Positions 28,472 to 37,781 of a DNA stretch of 64,000 nucleotides are shown here, in pieces. Every line of letters begins with the position of its first letter. Position 1 is the first letter of the stretch. The notes under the pieces are model-generated. The model was not told the origin of the DNA and ran no database searches. It worked only from the letters and a program-made list of their open reading frames with translations. Made by a program: the position numbers and the translations under genes. The DNA is from Gemmatimonadota bacterium (lineage in GTDB: Bacteria > Gemmatimonadota > Gemmatimonadetes > Palauibacterales > Palauibacteraceae), in assembly GCA_036476995.1 (NCBI GenBank), contig JAZGCO010000011.1, forward strand, positions 3,706 to 67,705, given 5' to 3'.

Positions 28472-29498
28472 GATAGCCACGGATCTCGTTTCCCTCGCCG
28501 AGATACGGGCGGCGGCCGAGCGAATTCGGGGTGTAGCCAGGCAGACACCGCTTCTGCCTATGAGCCTGCGGCCGCCGGGCCGGAGTGCCCCGGCCGAAGT
28601 GTGGCTGAAGTGCGAGAACTTTCAGCCCATGGGCGCCTTCAAACTCCGAGGCGCGTTCAATTTTCTCAGCCAGCTCCGACCGGAGAACGCAACAGGCGGT
28701 GTCGTCACGTACTCGTCGGGCAATCACGCTCAGGGAGTAGCCTACTCTGCAAGGCACCTCAGAATGGCCTGCACCGTAGTCATGCCGACGGACGCCCCGG
28801 ACATCAAGGTCCAGTCTACGCGCCAGTTTGGCGCCGCGATCGAGCAGGTCGGAACGACCAGCCTGGAGCGCCGCCAGAGAGCCGAGGAAATCGAGCGAGA
28901 GACCGGTGCGGCAATGGTGCCACCGTTCGATCATCCCTGGATCATAGCCGGGGCCGGAACGACCGGACTGGAAATCCTCGAGCAACTCGGCCGGGCTGCG
29001 GGTCCCGCAGCCTCAGGAACGGGTGCTCCTCTGGTCCTCATTCCCATTGGCGGCGGCGGCTTGATTTCCGGCACTGCGGCGGCGATTCGGGCGCTCAGTC
29101 CGCAGGCGCGAATAGTAGGAGTAGAGGCCGAGAGAGCCCCCACAATGAAGCTCTCACTGGAGGCGGGACATCCGATAACCATAGATCCGCCCATGACCAT
29201 GGCAGACGGTCTAAAGCCGCTCCGGCCCGGCGACCTTACGTTCGCGCACTGCCGAGCTCTGGTGGACGACGTGGTGACTGTCTCCGAGGACACGCTTCGC
29301 GAGGCGGTAATGTGGTGCCACGACCAGAAGCTCGTGGTGGAGCCCAGCGGCGCCGCCACCGTCGGAGCGTTGCTAGCCGGGGTCGTAGAGCCACAGCACG
29401 CGGGGCGTGGCCCCACAATTGCCGTTTTGTCCGGTGGTAACATCGATCCGATCCTGCTTTCCGGCTGGCTCACGCAGCGGCGAGGAGATCTCGAGTGA
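28458..29498 (+). CDS. Threonine/serine dehydratase (PLP-dependent, fold type II; no C-terminal ACT domain)
   Basis: PLP-lysine motif [28 protein letters not shown] and a glycine-rich loop (GGGGLISG). The start is probably MPPPEIATD (the track ORF starts at 28428). Confidence 0.75.
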   Translation: MPPPEIATDLVSLAEIRAAAERIRGVARQTPLLPMSLRPPGRSAPAEVWLKCENFQPMGAFKLRGAFNFLSQLRPENATGGVVTYSSGNHAQGVAYSARHLRMACTVVMPTDAPDIKVQSTRQFGAAIEQVGTTSLERRQRAEEIERETGAAMVPPFDHPWIIAGAGTTGLEILEQLGRAAGPAASGTGAPLVLIPIGGGGLISGTAAAIRALSPQARIVGVEAERAPTMKLSLEAGHPITIDPPMTMADGLKPLRPGDLTFAHCRALVDDVVTVSEDTLREAVMWCHDQKLVVEPSGAATVGALLAGVVEPQHAGRGPTIAVLSGGNIDPILLSGWLTQRRGDLE

Positions 29499-30235
29499 GA
29501 AGCGCACCCTTCATCGCCGTAACGGTGCCTGTCCGCGAAAACGACGTGGGAATTTCCCGGGCGGTTCTCGAAGCCGGGTATCTTCAGGCCGTTCGACTGG
29601 CCCGCGGTGTCCCACTCGTACTGTCCCCGGTGCTCGACCTGGAGTACAACGAGCGCCTTATGGATCTGGCACAGGGGCTTGTTCTCACGGGCGGGGAGGA
29701 CCTGGATCCCGCGAGCTACGGCCAGTCGCCCGACGGCGCACGCCGCGTATCGGCCGAGCGAGATGCGCTTGAGTTTCGGGTGCTGGAGATGGCCCTGGCG
29801 TCGCGCATACCTGTTGTATGTATTTGCCGCGGAATACAGCTGCTTAACGTGGCCCTGGGCGGCACCCTCTACCAGGACCTTGCCACGCACTGGGGGGATT
29901 CGATCGCTCACGACGCTTTCCGAGAATTCGACCAGCCGATCCATGCGGTTCGCACGAACGGCGCCCAGCGACTCCGTGAAGTATTCGAAACTGCGGATTT
30001 TTCGCAAAACTCATCCCACCATCAGGGCATTCGCGACCTCTCTCCCGACCTCGACCCCGTGGCCTGGGCTGCCGATGGCCTCATCGAAGGCGTGGAAATC
30101 AAGAACGGCTGCTCCTGGGTGGTCGGGGTACAATGGCACCCGGAACGACTGCTGGAAGACCCCAGCGGTACCAATCGCCGACTCTTCCAGCGGTTCGGCG
30201 CCGAGGTTCGGCGGTCCACCCCTACCACCGACTGA
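29495..30235 (+). CDS. Gamma-glutamyl-gamma-aminobutyrate hydrolase family protein (peptidase C26, class I glutamine amidotransferase-like)
   Basis: Catalytic Cys in VVCICRGIQLLNVALGGTLYQD and a His in SSHHQGI. The length is typical of PuuD-like proteins. Confidence 0.75.
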   Translation: MRSAPFIAVTVPVRENDVGISRAVLEAGYLQAVRLARGVPLVLSPVLDLEYNERLMDLAQGLVLTGGEDLDPASYGQSPDGARRVSAERDALEFRVLEMALASRIPVVCICRGIQLLNVALGGTLYQDLATHWGDSIAHDAFREFDQPIHAVRTNGAQRLREVFETADFSQNSSHHQGIRDLSPDLDPVAWAADGLIEGVEIKNGCSWVVGVQWHPERLLEDPSGTNRRLFQRFGAEVRRSTPTTD

Positions 30236-30238
30236 GTC

Positions 30239-30958
30239 GTGGAACGAGCGCTTCTCCTGTTTGATGTCGACGGTACGCTGATGGACGCTGGCGGCTCGGG
30301 ACGCGCGGCCCTGCGCGCCGCTATGCTGGAGGTGTTCGGCGAGGCTGGCCCGATCGAAACCTACGATTTCCACGGCCGCACGGACCCCGCAATCGTTCGA
30401 GGCCTATTACGTGAGGTCGGATGGGATGACGAGCGGATCGAGCGTCGATCCACCGACCTGTGGCCAGCCTATTTTGCCCATTTGGAGCAGGAGTTGGTGG
30501 AGCGGACGGATGAGGTGAGCGCCCTCGAAGGTGTGACGCTGCTGCTCACGACAATCTGTCAGGGCGAACTGCGGGGGCGTTACAGTACGGGCCTCCTGAC
30601 CGGCAACATGGAGCGAGGGGCGTGGGCCAAGTTGCGTTCCTGCGCCTTGAGCCAGTTCTTCGACTTTGGAGCTTTCGGGTCGGACGCGGAGCAGCGCGAT
30701 GAGCTTCCGGGTGTTGCTTTGGCCAGAGCTGAGGAACACACGGGCCAGCCGTTTCGGACCGACGCAGCTGTGGTGATAGGAGACACCCCCTACGACATTC
30801 AGTGTGCTCGCGCCGGCGGAGTCCGGATGCTAGCAGTGGCGACAGGCCGGCATACGGCCCGGGAATTGGCAGACTGTGGAGCGGAGTCTGTGCTCGAAAA
30901 TCTCACGGATACAGGCCGTGTCCTACGGGCGCTTGAGGAGTCCTTAGTTGCCCGATAA
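30239..30958 (+). CDS. HAD-superfamily hydrolase (phosphoglycolate phosphatase-like)
   Basis: Motif I LLFDVDGTLMD. The later HAD motifs are present (VVIGDTPYDIQCARAGG). Confidence 0.75.
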   Translation: MERALLLFDVDGTLMDAGGSGRAALRAAMLEVFGEAGPIETYDFHGRTDPAIVRGLLREVGWDDERIERRSTDLWPAYFAHLEQELVERTDEVSALEGVTLLLTTICQGELRGRYSTGLLTGNMERGAWAKLRSCALSQFFDFGAFGSDAEQRDELPGVALARAEEHTGQPFRTDAAVVIGDTPYDIQCARAGGVRMLAVATGRHTARELADCGAESVLENLTDTGRVLRALEESLVAR

Positions 30959-32336
30959 GGAGTGGCAACTCGACGCGCTGATCTCAGGCGCCGGCGTTCG
31001 GCGTTCGGTACCGGTGCGCATGATAGACGGCTCGCTCGCGGTCGATGACATAGCTGTTCCGATCGGCTCCGTGTACTGGGTCGCCCGTCGGGCGAGCATG
31101 CTACTGGTGTTTGCTGGGGAGTCTTCGGTGGCTCTGAAAGGTCCGGCACGGGACCTGGATGCTCTGTGGCGCGAGTTGGATTCCGTCGTGGATCAGACAG
31201 AGGTTCGCAGGCACCTGGTTCAGCGCCTGGGCCACGAAGTGGTCCTGTTCTCCGCCGCCGCTGCCGTGACGGGGTCACTCGATGGCCAGGCGGTTCGAGG
31301 GCTGTTCGTAGTCACGGCGACCCGTCACGGCCTCCACATGTTCGCCGGGGAGACTCACCACACGCTGTCTTGGCCTGTGGACAGCGCGGAGCCCATCCCG
31401 GGAACCGAAGATCGGCCCGAGGGGTCGGCAAGGTTGGTAAATGGCTCCGATGAGCTGACCATTCGGTATCTGTACCCCGAGGAGGTAAGTGCCCTGGTGG
31501 GCGTGGCTACGGCGGTGCCGCCCGCGAAGCCGCGCAGCGAATCGCTCGAAATGTTTGCCCGCAGCGAGGTTGCTCCTCCGGCCACGGCCGACCTGCCGCA
31601 GTTCTCTCTGGCAGCAGGGTCACTCGCCGAGGTAGCGGCGCGGGCCGCGGCCAATATCCCTGGCGAGACAGCAACTCACGCCGGGATTGAGGCACCCTTC
31701 TTCGAGACGCATTTCCTGGAACTGGGTGAGATCGCCCTGGGACCATTGTTGCTGCGAAAATCGGCGGCGAAGAGCGCGACGAACCTGGCCAGGGCCGTGC
31801 GCGCTCTCGATGCTGATGGCCTCAAGACCGACTCTGAGGCCGCCATATCGGCGGTCGCGGATCGGATCGTCACGGTGTATGGCATCGAACTGGCTCGAGT
31901 AAGGCGGAGTCACGGCCAAAAGGTCGGACGCGACAGCGCCCAGATCGCAAACGATAGGCTGGCGTTGGAGACGATGCTGCAACAACCGTTCGTTCGACTG
32001 TGGTCACGGTTCGAAGGGTTGGCTGAGCAACAGAGCACTCTGCTGGAGAGCGTGGCCGAACTCGACGTCGCGCACCCCGATTCCAGTGAGGACGAGGTTC
32101 AGGCTGCCGCAGACGAATGGCGCGCTGCTCTGGCGCGGCTCGATAGCGGTTACGAAGGTGCCTGGCGGGAAATGGTGGAGGAAATCGAGAACATGTGGTC
32201 TACTGTTCTCCTGCCGCGTCTTGTTACGGCCCAGAATCCCAACGCATCTCGGTCCGCCAGCTGGATCCAACTTGCGCTGCTGGCTGCAATCACGGTGGCG
32301 CTGATTGCAACACTGGTAGTGTTTGCCGGTATATGA
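30948..32336 (+). CDS. Hypothetical tail-anchored protein (462 aa) with no recognisable domain
   Basis: Long ORF overlapping the HAD gene stop, tightly followed by the DsbA-like gene. Its single C-terminal TM helix is SWIQLALLAAITVALIATLVVFAGI. The listed start is TTG; an internal ATG is possible. Confidence 0.45.
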   Translation: MPDKEWQLDALISGAGVRRSVPVRMIDGSLAVDDIAVPIGSVYWVARRASMLLVFAGESSVALKGPARDLDALWRELDSVVDQTEVRRHLVQRLGHEVVLFSAAAAVTGSLDGQAVRGLFVVTATRHGLHMFAGETHHTLSWPVDSAEPIPGTEDRPEGSARLVNGSDELTIRYLYPEEVSALVGVATAVPPAKPRSESLEMFARSEVAPPATADLPQFSLAAGSLAEVAARAAANIPGETATHAGIEAPFFETHFLELGEIALGPLLLRKSAAKSATNLARAVRALDADGLKTDSEAAISAVADRIVTVYGIELARVRRSHGQKVGRDSAQIANDRLALETMLQQPFVRLWSRFEGLAEQQSTLLESVAELDVAHPDSSEDEVQAAADEWRAALARLDSGYEGAWREMVEEIENMWSTVLLPRLVTAQNPNASRSASWIQLALLAAITVALIATLVVFAGI

Positions 32337-32373
32337 CCGACACACTCCGATCTAGCAAAGTCGAGCAGAAATC

Positions 32374-33144
32374 TTGAATAAGAAGTCAGGCAAGCAGAAG
32401 AGCCGTCCAGCGCGATCCAAAGCCACATCCGGCGGTAACCGAACATTCTATCTAGTCCTGGCCGGAATCGCCGTGCTCGGCGCGGGTGGGCTTCTGTTCG
32501 CTGGCGGCGACTCGGAAGCGCAGTCACCCGTCACGCCGTTCAGCGTGGCCGATCTTACCGCCGATGCGGATGCGAACGCCGGCGTTGCATTGGGCCCGGA
32601 TAACGCGGCGGTCACCGTGATAGAATTTTCCGACTTTCAGTGTCCGCATTGCCGGAACTTCAACGGGCTGACAGGCCGGCTACTGCGACAGAACTACGCA
32701 GGCCCTGAGGGTCCGATTCGCTGGATCTCGTACGACTTTCCGCTGAACTTCACCAACTCGCTCACGTCGGCTCTGGCCGGGCGCTGCGCAGAGGCTCAGG
32801 GGCAGTTCTGGCGCATGCATGACCTCCTTTTGGCGCGCCAGGATGAGTGGGGCCGGGATTCATCGCCCAAAGACAAGTTTGTTCGCTACGCCGAAGAAAC
32901 CGGTCTGGACAGCGGCGAGTTCGAAGACTGTTTCGATGAGCGGCGCCATCTCAAGGAAATCGTTGCCTCACGGAAATACGGCGAACAGCTCGGCGTCACG
33001 GGAACGCCGTCGTTGTTTCTCAACGGGCAGAAAATTCAGGCGGGCTCGTACCAGGGCATCGAAAGGCTGATTCAAGAGGCGCTGGCCGCGAGCAGTGCGA
33101 CCGCGGAAGCCGCGGAAGCTTCCGGACAGGAGACTGCGGAGTAG
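32374..33144 (+). CDS. DsbA-family thiol:disulfide oxidoreductase (Thioredoxin_4 type) with N-terminal anchor
   Basis: CPHC active site (EFSDFQCPHCRNF), N-terminal TM/signal and a thioredoxin fold. Confidence 0.75.
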   Translation: MNKKSGKQKSRPARSKATSGGNRTFYLVLAGIAVLGAGGLLFAGGDSEAQSPVTPFSVADLTADADANAGVALGPDNAAVTVIEFSDFQCPHCRNFNGLTGRLLRQNYAGPEGPIRWISYDFPLNFTNSLTSALAGRCAEAQGQFWRMHDLLLARQDEWGRDSSPKDKFVRYAEETGLDSGEFEDCFDERRHLKEIVASRKYGEQLGVTGTPSLFLNGQKIQAGSYQGIERLIQEALAASSATAEAAEASGQETAE

Positions 33145-33599
33145 TGAGCGATATCCGCCGGGGGCAGGCCACGGTCGCCCTCGCTCTGATCGGAGTCTTC
33201 CTCTCGTTGTACCTGATGCTCTACCGCCTGGGTGTATACGGCGAGCTCGTGTGTGGCTCGGGGTCCTGCGAAGTTGTGCAGGCATCCAGCTATTCTGTGT
33301 TCCTGGGGCTTCCCGTGGCCGGGTGGGGGCTGGCCTGGTATCTGGCCGTGTTCGTGACCGCGCTGATTCGGTCGCGAGCACCAAATACAGCGGAGACCGA
33401 TGCAAAATGGCCAGGCCTCGTTCTCGCCGGACTGGCGATAAGTGGCCTGGCCTTCTCCGCCTACCTGACCTGGATCGAGGTCGGAGTTCTGCACGCTATC
33501 TGCCGCTGGTGCATCGGCAGCGCGGTTCTAACCGTGTTGATCTTTCTGGGCGCCGCTCCCTGGCGCGCTATCGGTCGAACCAGGACGGTAGCAGGCTAG
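33144..33599 (+). CDS. Vitamin K epoxide reductase (VKOR) family protein, DsbB-analogous partner of DsbA
   Basis: Four or five TM helices, a loop Cys pair (CGSGSC) and a TM CxxC (AICRWCIGSA). Its start overlaps the DsbA-like stop. Confidence 0.75.
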   Translation: MSDIRRGQATVALALIGVFLSLYLMLYRLGVYGELVCGSGSCEVVQASSYSVFLGLPVAGWGLAWYLAVFVTALIRSRAPNTAETDAKWPGLVLAGLAISGLAFSAYLTWIEVGVLHAICRWCIGSAVLTVLIFLGAAPWRAIGRTRTVAG

Positions 33600-33603
33600 G
33601 CCG

Positions 33604-34467
33604 TCAGGCCGTTGCCTTCCAGAAGCCCTCCAAAGCTGGGCCATCGCTGGATCCCCGCAACTTATCGAAAGCGCGATTCCGGATCTGCCGAATGCGCTCA
33701 CGCGTGACGCCGAGGAGCTCGCCGATCTGCTCGAGCGTCATTTCCTCGCCGTCGTCCAGGCCGTAGTACAGCACCAGGATCTTGCGCTCCCGCTCGGTCA
33801 GGTAAGACTCGAACATGCGCTCCAGAAATTCGCGCCGAGCCTGGGCCTCGACATCGACTTCGATGTCACTGTCGTCCATGCCCGAAAAGCGCTCGCCGAA
33901 CGATGCACTGTCGCGGTCCGACTTGTCCAACGGCGCATCAAGGCTGAGTTCGGCCGACGCCACGCGCCGCAGGGCGCGCACAGTTTCAACCGGCTCTTCC
34001 ATCTGATCCGCGATTTCACGGTCCGTGGGCGAGCGTCCCAGCTTCTGGGTAAGCGCCGTCTCGGTCCGTGACAGCTTGACCAGATTCGAGTTCTGGTTGA
34101 GCGGAATTCGAACCGATCGAGTCTGCTCCGCCAGCGCCTGGAGCACGGTTTGCCGAATCCACCACACGGCGTACGAGATGAACTTCACGCCCTTGTCCGG
34201 ATCTAACTTCTTTACCGCCTTTAGCAAACCTTAGTTGCCGATGCATACGAGCTCGGCGAGGTTCAGCCCTCGGCCCTGATATTTTTTCACGTACGAAATC
34301 ACGAAACGGAGGTTGGCCGTTACGAGGCGCTCCGCCGCTTCCCGGTCTCCAACGCGGGCCCGGCGCGCGATTTCTCGCTCCTTGCCCGGATCCACGATGA
34401 GCGGATAACGCTCAACGTCCTGGAGATACTGATCGAACGAGTCTAATGCTCGCGAGTCGAAGAACAT
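33604..34467 (-). pseudogene. RpoD/sigma-70 family sigma factor (about 287 aa, regions 1.2-4) interrupted by an in-frame TAA stop at 34231..34233 in region 2.2
   Basis: Track ORFs 34231..34467 (region 1.2/2.1 ...LDSFDQYLQDVERYPLI...LVTANLRFVISYVKKY...ELVCIGN*) and 33604..34227 (GLLKAVKKLD...VKFISYAVWWIRQTVLQALAEQTRSVRIP, regions 3 and 4 with the HTH LEQIGELLGVTRERIRQI) are in the same frame. They are separated only by TAA at the position of I/L in the consensus EGN(I/L)GL. Confidence 0.7.
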
Positions 34468-34502
34468 ACCTTCCGTTCTCCCCTTTAATATCGGTGATAC
34501 AC

Positions 34503-34535
34503 CGGTTGGAGCTGCGTTCCGGCGGACTCCAACCG
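34503..34535 (-). promoter_or_regulatory. Perfect 9-bp-stem hairpin between the ccmH stop and the sigma-factor start (5'-leader structure or weak operon terminator)
   Basis: cggttggag (34503..34511) pairs with ctccaaccg (34527..34535) around a 15-nt loop. It lies about 36-70 nt upstream of the sigma ATG (34467) and its GGAAGG RBS, and about 100 nt downstream of the ccmH stop. There is no clean U-tract. Confidence 0.25.
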
Positions 34536-34632
34536 CAAAACCCCTGCCGCCCGAACAACAACCGGCTAGGAATACTACTACTGCCTGTGTGGCGCAATGT
34601 TCCGCGCTCTTTGCGGTGCCGGCCGGTTTACT

Positions 34633-35205
34633 TCACTCCCGGAGAGCCTCTTCCAGCCAGCGCTCGTTCTCCGCTGAAAGCCGGGCCGAACGAGCGGTCA
34701 GGCCGCCGGATATCTCGTTCTCGGTTGCCGAAACCGAATCAACAGCCTGCGAGGGTACGGCAACCACTGGAAACGCACCGGCGCGAGAGATAGTTCCCGC
34801 CCGCACCCAGCGCCTGACGCGTGCGTGCAACACTCCTGCTCCCAGCACCACCGCCGCCAACGGCAGGAGGTAGATCAGGAGATTCATTCCGCTCGGTTCG
34901 GGCCTGAGAAGAACCCATTCGCCATACTTGCCGACGAAATACTCCGTGACGGCCTCAGGAGACTCACCGGCCGCCAACTTATCCCGGATAAGGCGCTGCA
35001 TCTCGCGCGCCACGGCCGACGACGACTCCAGGACCGACTGGTTGCGGCAAACCGGACAGCGAAGCTGGGAGGCCACTTCGGCCGTCATGTCATCCAGGGC
35101 CGTACTATCCGCGTCCTGGCCCCATGCCGGCGTCGCCGCCCCGGTCCAGAGCAAACCCACGGCGAGCAGGCTGACCGTCCGGCAGGCGGCGCGCCAATCG
35201 TTCAA
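34633..35205 (-). CDS. ccmH: Cytochrome c-type biogenesis protein CcmH (CycL)
   Basis: Signal peptide followed by the LRCPVCRNQSVLESSS motif (CcmH LRCxxCQ), then a TM helix. Confidence 0.8.
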   Translation of the reverse strand: MNDWRAACRTVSLLAVGLLWTGAATPAWGQDADSTALDDMTAEVASQLRCPVCRNQSVLESSSAVAREMQRLIRDKLAAGESPEAVTEYFVGKYGEWVLLRPEPSGMNLLIYLLPLAAVVLGAGVLHARVRRWVRAGTISRAGAFPVVAVPSQAVDSVSATENEISGGLTARSARLSAENERWLEEALRE

Positions 35206-35780
35206 GAGCCCTGCTCGTCGACTGCCGGCACGGACGAGCCTTCATCCCCAACCTCGGCAACGGGACCGGCCAGAAGCGAATCGATCGTGGCCCGTGCCGT
35301 CTCCCACACCACGGCGCCTACACGCTTACGCGCGACTCGGCCTTCGCGGTCTATGAAGAAAGTCTCCGGCAAACCGTACACACCGTAGTCGAGAGCCGTG
35401 TTGTTGGTCTCGATGAGCTGCGTCCAGTTTCCGCCCAGGGCGGCCAGGAAGCGTTCCGAGTCTACGCGGCGATCTCGATTGGCAATGCCGATCAAGGCCA
35501 CCTCATCGCGTGCGTACAAGCTCTCGATGTTCAGCAGCGCCGGGTGCTCCACGCGGCAGGGTCCGCACCAGGACGCCCAGAAGTTGATGACAACGACTCG
35601 TCCACGGAGATCCGTAAGACCTAGCGTGTCGCCGTCAAACGTCTCCAGCCTGAACGGCGGAGCCTCGTTTCCGACAAGCGGCGATGGAAGGATGAAGGTA
35701 TCCCGCGTCAGGCCGTAGCCGAGCAACAGCAGTACGGGCAGCGAGAGCAGCGGGAGCACCCAGCCCAGATACCGTCTCAT
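35202..35780 (-). CDS. ccmG: Thiol:disulfide interchange protein CcmG/DsbE (TlpA-like thioredoxin)
   Basis: N-terminal anchor, WCGPC active site (FWASWCGPCRVEHP) and position within the ccm operon. Confidence 0.8.
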   Translation of the reverse strand: MRRYLGWVLPLLSLPVLLLLGYGLTRDTFILPSPLVGNEAPPFRLETFDGDTLGLTDLRGRVVVINFWASWCGPCRVEHPALLNIESLYARDEVALIGIANRDRRVDSERFLAALGGNWTQLIETNNTALDYGVYGLPETFFIDREGRVARKRVGAVVWETARATIDSLLAGPVAEVGDEGSSVPAVDEQGS

Positions 35781-37769
35781 CTACGTCTCCACCGGAGCCG
35801 TGCTTGGCGTCCCTGTCCGACTCCTTGTCCGGCCCTGCGGCGCGACCGTGAGGATGGCTCCCAGTCCGACGATCAATCCGCCGATCCACAGCCACGGCAC
35901 AGCCGGGTTCACGATCACGCGCAGGGTCGCGTGCGCCCCCGCCCGGTCGAACGCCATCAGAGTGACATACAGATCCTCGCGCAGCGATGAGCGAACGGCC
36001 GGGGTCGCAATCGGCTGCGCGGAATTCCGGTAATAATTCAGCCGAGGCTGAATTGTTCCGATCTCCGCACCTCGTCTGAACACAGTGAGCGTGGTCCCCA
36101 CGACATCCCGCTGAGGCTCCTCCCTCGCCCACACGTCGTCCAGGCGAATCACGTAGTCGCCGATAGCTATGGCCTCGCCGCTCTGCACCGTCCGTTCCTT
36201 CTCGAAGCGCCATGTTCCGGAGATCGAGAGCGCAACCACAATGATCACGATACCGGTGTGAACGACGTAGCCTCCATATCGCCGATTGTTGCTCCTCAGC
36301 AGATAAACGAGCGCTCGCACCGGACCATCCCCGGAGATCCTGTGCCGCGCCGCCAAGCCTTTCCGGAACTCCTCCCCGATGGTGGCCATGGCGAAACCCG
36401 CGAAAAGAAACGTGACCAGCGGGTAGGGCTCGCGGACCCCCAGGGCTGCGGCTGCCAGCAGCGCCACAATCCCGACGACGGCCGGCAGCCAAAATGTTCG
36501 CCTCAGCTTCTCACGTGACGTCCGCCGCCACGGCAAGGCAGGGCCCACCCCCATCAGGAACAGCAGAGCCAGGCCGATCGGAACCGTGACCATGTTGAAG
36601 TACGGAGGTCCTACGCTGATCCTGTCGCCCTGTACCGCCTCGACGATGAGCGGGAACGTCGTGCCGAGCAGAACCGTGAACGTGAATGCGGCAAACAGAA
36701 GGTTGTTGAGCACGAAAGCACTCTCGCGCGAGACGATCGCGTCCAGCGTCCCCGGCGAGTGCAGAAGGTTGGCCCGCCACCCGATCAGAGCCAGCGACGT
36801 GACCATGATGAAGGCCATGAACATTAGGAAAAGAGGGCCGATCAGACCTTCCGAAAAGGCGTGCACCGAATCCAGGATTCCTGACCGGGTCAGAAACGTT
36901 CCAAACAGGGTGAGCAGAAACGTGCCGATTACCAGGGTGAGATTCCACGTTTTCAGCATCCCGCGCCGCTCCTGAACCATCACCGAATGCAGGAACGCCG
37001 TAGCCGTCAGCCAGGGCAGGAACGAAGCGTTTTCGACCGGATCCCAGGCCCAGTATCCGCCCCAGCCCAGCACTTCGTAGGACCACCACGCTCCGGCCAC
37101 GATCCCGACGGACAGGAAGGCCCATGGAGCTACGGTCCACCGCCGCGTGGTCCGGATCCACTCCTCATCCACTCTGCCGCTCAGCAGGGCTCCGATCGCG
37201 AACGCAAACGGCACCGCCATGCCGACGTATCCGAAATAGAGCATCGGCGGGTGCAGGCCCATGAGGGGATGGTTCTGCAGGAGAGGGTTCGGCCCCGGTC
37301 CGTTAGTCGGGGCCGGGATGATTTCCCCGAACGGGTTGGCGGGTCCGACGAGAAGACTGAAGAAAAACAAGCCGACGATTCCCAGGACGCCGCTGGCGAA
37401 GGGAACGAGGCGCGAGTTGGAGCGCCGATATACCCAGGCGACCAGCGCCGTGTACGCGGCCAGGATCCAGCCCCAGAACAGGATCGATCCGTCGAGGCTG
37501 CTCCACAGGGAGATGGCCGAGTAATAGGCAGGCGTTTCCAGGCTGCCGACCCGCGACACATAATCCACGCTGAAGTCATGGGTCAGGAGCGCCACTTCCA
37601 TGGTGGCCATGGCTACGCTCATGCTCGCGAACGCCAGGTAGGTAGCCAGCCGCGCAGCTCGGACGAGCACCGCCGATCGACGAAACCCGCCGACCAGTCC
37701 GCCGACGGTAATCACCGCCGCTGCGAGCAGGGCGGTGGTTACCGCCGCCGCGCCAATCGTGCTCAGCAT
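35781..37769 (-). CDS. ccmF: Cytochrome c-type biogenesis protein CcmF (heme lyase subunit)
   Basis: 662 aa polytopic membrane protein with WWD-domain motifs (WGGYWAWDPVENASFLPWL). Its size and order are typical of CcmF. Confidence 0.85.
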   Translation of the reverse strand: MLSTIGAAAVTTALLAAAVITVGGLVGGFRRSAVLVRAARLATYLAFASMSVAMATMEVALLTHDFSVDYVSRVGSLETPAYYSAISLWSSLDGSILFWGWILAAYTALVAWVYRRSNSRLVPFASGVLGIVGLFFFSLLVGPANPFGEIIPAPTNGPGPNPLLQNHPLMGLHPPMLYFGYVGMAVPFAFAIGALLSGRVDEEWIRTTRRWTVAPWAFLSVGIVAGAWWSYEVLGWGGYWAWDPVENASFLPWLTATAFLHSVMVQERRGMLKTWNLTLVIGTFLLTLFGTFLTRSGILDSVHAFSEGLIGPLFLMFMAFIMVTSLALIGWRANLLHSPGTLDAIVSRESAFVLNNLLFAAFTFTVLLGTTFPLIVEAVQGDRISVGPPYFNMVTVPIGLALLFLMGVGPALPWRRTSREKLRRTFWLPAVVGIVALLAAAALGVREPYPLVTFLFAGFAMATIGEEFRKGLAARHRISGDGPVRALVYLLRSNNRRYGGYVVHTGIVIIVVALSISGTWRFEKERTVQSGEAIAIGDYVIRLDDVWAREEPQRDVVGTTLTVFRRGAEIGTIQPRLNYYRNSAQPIATPAVRSSLREDLYVTLMAFDRAGAHATLRVIVNPAVPWLWIGGLIVGLGAILTVAPQGRTRSRTGTPSTAPVET

Positions 37770-37781
37770 GAGCGGCTCGCC

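Noticed and set aside
34100-34130. cggaattcgaaccg, which resembles a tRNA T-loop/GTTCGAA motif
   Set aside because: It lies inside the sigma-factor coding frame (encoding ...IPLNQNSNL...). There is no flanking acceptor, D or anticodon arm structure. It is a simple palindrome.
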